Part shown: piece by piece, positions 59,671-64,000 of the stretch
Position numbering within the stretch: the stretch's first letter is position 1
Layout: every line of letters starts with the position of its first letter
DNA from: Candidatus Heimdallarchaeota archaeon
Lineage (GTDB): Archaea; Asgardarchaeota; Heimdallarchaeia; Heimdallarchaeales; Heimdallarchaeaceae
DNA length: 64,000 nucleotides
Direction: 5' to 3'
NCBI GenBank assembly: GCA_030668825.1
Contig: DAOVET010000002.1
Location: 15,666 to 79,665 of the forward strand
Translations under genes and position numbers: made by a program
Notes under the pieces: model-generated
What the model was told of the DNA's origin: nothing
What the model saw: only the letters and a program-made list of their open reading frames with translations
The model's database searches: none

Positions 59671-60291
59671 GTGAAATTGGTGAAAATAGTAGTTCTCTCT
59701 GGGTTGCCTTTAAGTGGTAAAACAACTAATGCTAAAGTAATTGGGCCAAAATATAATATGCCCTTGTATGAAACCGGTACTGAAGTTTTAGAAGAAGTGA
59801 CAAGTAGAGGTTTTGAATTTACACCTGAAAATATTAAGAAGGTTACTGATGAATGTAAGCAGATTTCAGATAGCTTTTTTACAGAAAGGTTAATGAAAAA
59901 AATAGATAAACTTTCAAGTGAAGTCCCTGGGGTTTTTATCTCAGGAATAAGAGCTGTTTCAGAGGTTGAAATATTAAGAAAACATTATGGTGATGATAAT
60001 GTATTTGTGATTGCTTTTCACACTTCTATGAAAACTAGGTTCAAAAGGCTTGACAATCCAGATCGCATTGAAGAAACAAAAGGTGCCAAGGCAAAAGAAG
60101 ATGAGTTACTAAGAAACTTCGACAATTTCTTGGCTAGAAATAAGAAAGAACTTGGGTATGGTGTTGGAGATGTAATAGCTCTAGCCGAATATGTGATGAG
60201 TACTGAAAATAGAATCTGGCCCTATGTTACTTTGGATGAAAATCAGACAAGCTTTGAAACGATTATCAGAGAGATATTGAACCTTGAGTAA
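59671..60291 (+). CDS. P-loop nucleotide kinase, dephospho-CoA-kinase-like (COG0237 archaeal type)
   Basis: SGLPLSGKT; SGIR…EV; R..R…F..R…EL..G.G.VIA.A. The start may be 59677 or 59680. Confidence 0.75.
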   Translation: MKLVKIVVLSGLPLSGKTTNAKVIGPKYNMPLYETGTEVLEEVTSRGFEFTPENIKKVTDECKQISDSFFTERLMKKIDKLSSEVPGVFISGIRAVSEVEILRKHYGDDNVFVIAFHTSMKTRFKRLDNPDRIEETKGAKAKEDELLRNFDNFLARNKKELGYGVGDVIALAEYVMSTENRIWPYVTLDENQTSFETIIREILNLE

Positions 60292-60384
60292 ACAATCCAG
60301 AGTGTCAATTTTTATCACTCTATTTGTTAACTCCTAAACACTAAATGAATAACTTTATTTGATACGGTTCTAAAGAGAAGTTAG

Positions 60385-61362
60385 GTGAATGGGATGGTTC
60401 ATAATCCATTTGATGACGAAAATTCTAAAGACGATCCAAAGAAAGCAAAGTTAAGATCTCAAGCTCAACAGCAGTTTATACAGCAATTGCAACAAAGAAT
60501 TGCTAATCAGTCCAATAGAATTGAAGAATTGCAGGTAGAAATTTCAAAACTTAATCAAGTTATACAAAACAAAGATTTGGAAATACAAGAATATTCTAAG
60601 AGAGTAGAAGAAGAAAGAATGTTTTTTGAGCAAGACAAGAAAGCAAGAAGCGATCGAGAATATGAACTACAAAAAATTGTTCAGCAGAAAGAATTGGAAA
60701 TTAATGAACTTCAAGAAAGCTCACCACAATCAACTTTTAATCCTCCAACCCCCCTTCATGAACAACCTAGCGAATCAAGTGTTTCAAATATTCCTGAGTT
60801 AGATTTAGGTCCGGTTAACCATTTTGTTGATACTTTAATGGCTTATTACAAAAAACCAACAGATGATGTCTTTGTTTCTTCACTAAGAGATTTGGCTATT
60901 CATTGTAGTGAAAGTGGAACACCAGATCAGCAAATTCTAGGACTTCTTCTCAAAGCGGAGATGCCTATGACTGAAGATGAAATAAAACAAAAACTAAAAA
61001 TTGAACCTCAAGATATTTCAAGAGCAATTTTTAGGTTAATGCAAAAGAATTTCATTAAGAAGATTGGACGAGGTTTTGCTGTTATCTCATCAGAGTTTGC
61101 CGAAATGACAGATATATCAAAGAACTGGGGGGGTCTTACACCAGAGCAAGTATATGAAAATTTGATATCAGTTGTCTATGTTGAATCTGATAAAGATGAG
61201 CTAATACAAGCTTTTACAAAAGCCAGAGATGCATTAATGGAAATGGGTGTCCTTGCAACTCAAAGAAGACATGATATAAGTCAAATAATTGAAAAAATAA
61301 AACGACATCCTTTCACAAATAACGAACTAACTGAAACAATCAAATCATGGCTAGAATCATAG
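60385..61362 (+). CDS. coiled-coil + winged-helix hypothetical protein
   Basis: Gln/Glu coiled coil over aa ~20-110; wHTH (MTEDEIKQKL…ISRAIFRLMQKNFIKK). Confidence 0.65.
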   Translation: MNGMVHNPFDDENSKDDPKKAKLRSQAQQQFIQQLQQRIANQSNRIEELQVEISKLNQVIQNKDLEIQEYSKRVEEERMFFEQDKKARSDREYELQKIVQQKELEINELQESSPQSTFNPPTPLHEQPSESSVSNIPELDLGPVNHFVDTLMAYYKKPTDDVFVSSLRDLAIHCSESGTPDQQILGLLLKAEMPMTEDEIKQKLKIEPQDISRAIFRLMQKNFIKKIGRGFAVISSEFAEMTDISKNWGGLTPEQVYENLISVVYVESDKDELIQAFTKARDALMEMGVLATQRRHDISQIIEKIKRHPFTNNELTETIKSWLES

Positions 61363-63147
61363 GATTATTTTCATACCAAATGGTCCTCTGAAAATGAATT
61401 TTGCTTCTTTCTCTTCAACTTGTATGATGAGATCTATTGGAAAACCACCAATTGTAGATTCTTTAGGAATTACAACTTTGACCTTCCCTTCATATAGTTT
61501 GACTTGTCTTCCAGGACTCGTATCATAAGTAGAGAATGGTGTTTTTCGGATTAAACCTATTCTTGGAGAGTAATATGGATTCTTAAGAAGTATAAAGGAG
61601 TAAACTTCACCTTCTTTAATGAGAGTACCACTTTGGTAGATATAAAACCAATCTTGCAAAAAGATATCTAACTCCTCTTTCAAGACATATTCGTGAGAAA
61701 TCAATCTTTGTAATTCATTAATATTTGCTATACTAATTATTGGAAGTTCATATACTCCTAATTCCTGTAAATCTTCGATTCCTTGATAAATTTCCTCTGT
61801 ACATCGCTCCTTTATCGCAAAGTGAAGAACTACAAGTAATTCTAAAGTATCTTTTGAGAGAACTTGATCTTCAAGATTTAAAGCAAGGTAATGTGATTGG
61901 AGGAGTATCAATAAGGCATGTTCAAATTGCTCCTTTTGCAGTAAAATATAACCAATCTGAATGAGTAAGGAAATTTCATCTTTTTCTTCAATTACTGCTT
62001 TTTTATCTATTAGACCACTTTCCATTATGGTTGATGCTAAAATAACAGCTCTGGTGAGACCTAGTAAATCTAAACGATCTTGTTTTTCGCATAGAAATAG
62101 GAATTTTTCAGAATAATATCCTTTCAATCTTTCGTGATTATCTGTGACTAGAAAATAAACCATTCTTAGGAAATGAAGATCCATAAAAATGTCTGAAACA
62201 AGATTAGGGAAAATTGTAGAAATTTCAATAATAATATTCAGATGACCATCCAATTTTTCAAAATCCAGAAGTGTAAACTCAACTACACTAAGCAAGTAAA
62301 GTATTCTAGCTTTTAACCGAATAGATAACTCCTCAATATAACTTTCCTTTTCTAGAAGTGCAATTCGAAGTTCTAAAGATTGATCAGATAGTTCAATATA
62401 AGCTTCTTCAAGTTCTAACCTTAAAACTTCAAGATTCCCTTTTTCCATTTCTTCTACGTAATTTGGAAACTCAAATTCTAATTCATTCATTAGTTCGATA
62501 AGATTATTCTCTTCTACTAAGGTATGATATTTCGAAGTCTTCCTTTCTGGAGATATTTGATTTGCAGCAATAATATTCTGTAGCACATTGATTGCATGCT
62601 CTTGGATTTTTTTAATTCTAGTTACAGGATCAAACATTTGCCTTTTTTCAACAGAATGTCTGATCTCATCTGATAGAACAACATCATGGAGTTTTTCTAA
62701 AGCCTCATTATGAGCTTCATGAGAACAAGTGTTTCTTAGTAAGAATACAAATGAAGAGCTAATCAAAACAGGAACATTTAAAGATTCACAAGTTTTTACA
62801 AGCTTTAAATCACTAGATACCACAACTGCATTGACTTGTTTTGCTGCTACTATATTTGATAAATCATTAATTTGAGGAGACGAAAGCTCTTCCTTGTCCA
62901 AATTCTCTCTGTAATCTCTAACCTCTTTGATTGGGATTTTTATGATCTGAATTGGAGGCTTGATTCTTCTGCGAAGATACCAGCGAATTTCCTGCAAAAT
63001 ATAATTTGTAACAAAAAGTTCAATCCCCATTTCTGTTATTATTTCTAGGAATAGTGCAAATTCTGAAGGATTTGTTTCAAATCCACTGATAAAGAAATTA
63101 GTATCTAATACAAATTTATTGTTTTGTACCTTATTTGTGGATTTCAT
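61357..63147 (-). CDS. PIN-domain protein with long helical/TPR-like extension
   Basis: FVLDTNFF…E…D…VSSDLKL acidic PIN residues, followed by helical repeats. Confidence 0.75.
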   Translation of the reverse strand: MKSTNKVQNNKFVLDTNFFISGFETNPSEFALFLEIITEMGIELFVTNYILQEIRWYLRRRIKPPIQIIKIPIKEVRDYRENLDKEELSSPQINDLSNIVAAKQVNAVVVSSDLKLVKTCESLNVPVLISSSFVFLLRNTCSHEAHNEALEKLHDVVLSDEIRHSVEKRQMFDPVTRIKKIQEHAINVLQNIIAANQISPERKTSKYHTLVEENNLIELMNELEFEFPNYVEEMEKGNLEVLRLELEEAYIELSDQSLELRIALLEKESYIEELSIRLKARILYLLSVVEFTLLDFEKLDGHLNIIIEISTIFPNLVSDIFMDLHFLRMVYFLVTDNHERLKGYYSEKFLFLCEKQDRLDLLGLTRAVILASTIMESGLIDKKAVIEEKDEISLLIQIGYILLQKEQFEHALLILLQSHYLALNLEDQVLSKDTLELLVVLHFAIKERCTEEIYQGIEDLQELGVYELPIISIANINELQRLISHEYVLKEELDIFLQDWFYIYQSGTLIKEGEVYSFILLKNPYYSPRIGLIRKTPFSTYDTSPGRQVKLYEGKVKVVIPKESTIGGFPIDLIIQVEEKEAKFIFRGPFGMKIIL

Positions 63148-63148
63148 A

Positions 63149-64000
63149 TCAATTCCTTCTTTTGCGTTTCTTCTTAATAATTGAATAAGCAAGAATGCAA
63201 TAAAAAATTATCTGCTCAAAATGGAAAGGATGAGGTGTTTCAGTTATACTCACAAACTCAGGTTTAGTGATATTTTCTGATACGGATTCAATATAGTATT
63301 CAAAGAAGTAATTATTTCCAAAATCTAATTCAGGTGGGTCATAATATGAGTGATAGAATTCTTGAAACTCAAGAGAAAATGATTGAAGTTGACCACTTTC
63401 GGTATATGCCAACCATCCACTCATGTAGACTTTTGTATCTTGAATAAATAATCTTGGAACAACAGTTTGTGTATTATTTGATTGGTAATCAAATGAAAAT
63501 TCCCACAGGATGTGGTGAAGATCATCCCTTTTCAGATACTCAATGTGAAAATCTATTTCTCTAATGGTAAACAAAGAGCTTGTAACACCTGTAAGTGTAA
63601 ATTGAAACCCGTGAAACACTTGATGCAGTTGTTCCCATAGTTTTTCTGCCAGTATTGTCATCCCCAAATATTTATCCCATGTTGGTATGAGAACAGGAGG
63701 AATCTGTGCAATCCATGAACCGTGAACTGGCGTTGATGAGAAATAAGAATCGAGAAGTTTGTCATATACATAAAGCGTTTTTTGGAAATTTAGGCCAGAT
63801 TTGGAAAATAAATATCTTAGACCATATGTTTGATTCAATTGGTTAATCCAATGATCCCAAAGCTCTAGTTGGTCTTTAGTAGAATTCCTTAGTTGATAAA
63901 TTTCATGTCTAGAAGAACTATTCGTGATAAAGAATCGCATAAAAGGTGAATCTAATGGGGAGAGAATCTCTTCATAACTTTCTAATGAGATGACCAGAAC
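63149..64000 (-). CDS. hypothetical C-terminally anchored protein (5' end outside window)
   Basis: Frame is open to the window edge; ends in TM + KKKRKRRN. Confidence 0.65.
   Translation of the reverse strand, partial: VLVISLESYEEILSPLDSPFMRFFITNSSSRHEIYQLRNSTKDQLELWDHWINQLNQTYGLRYLFSKSGLNFQKTLYVYDKLLDSYFSSTPVHGSWIAQIPPVLIPTWDKYLGMTILAEKLWEQLHQVFHGFQFTLTGVTSSLFTIREIDFHIEYLKRDDLHHILWEFSFDYQSNNTQTVVPRLFIQDTKVYMSGWLAYTESGQLQSFSLEFQEFYHSYYDPPELDFGNNYFFEYYIESVSENITKPEFVSITETPHPFHFEQIIFYCILAYSIIKKKRKRRN

Noticed and set aside
60385-63147. wHTH protein + PIN protein as a toxin-antitoxin pair
   Set aside because: The genes are convergent and both are far larger than VapBC components.

Overview
AT-rich archaeal chromosomal window. 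The gene set (eS30, eS8, SRP19, Gar1, fibrillarin/Nop5, Elp3, Trm1, TFE-beta/RPC34-like, PAC2, archaeal HMG-CoA synthase/thiolase/DUF35, many C-terminally anchored surface proteins) suggests an Asgard archaeon, probably Heimdallarchaeia; this taxonomy is inference. About 57 coding regions are mostly housekeeping, with one accessory-looking block at about 29.4-38.6 kb. Highlights: (1) the 3' part of an SMC5/6-type operon (SMC, kleisin-like, KITE-like, stand-alone NSE1-like RING/Zn finger); (2) a ~350-nt highly structured putative ncRNA with its own TATA box and T-rich end, directly upstream of an orphan ~725-aa protein with up to three PD-(D/E)xK-like motifs; (3) a poly-Glu protein fused to an isolated serine-recombinase DNA-binding domain; (4) a mevalonate-operon thiolase lacking both its catalytic Cys and the GHP His; (5) a phytol-kinase/DUF92 fusion, a circularly permuted family-5 solute-binding protein, a permease with an inserted LVIVD propeller, a site-1-protease-like subtilase and a K-turn hairpin RNA. 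No tRNA, rRNA or CRISPR array was seen. All family calls come from motif recognition by eye; no database searches were run.
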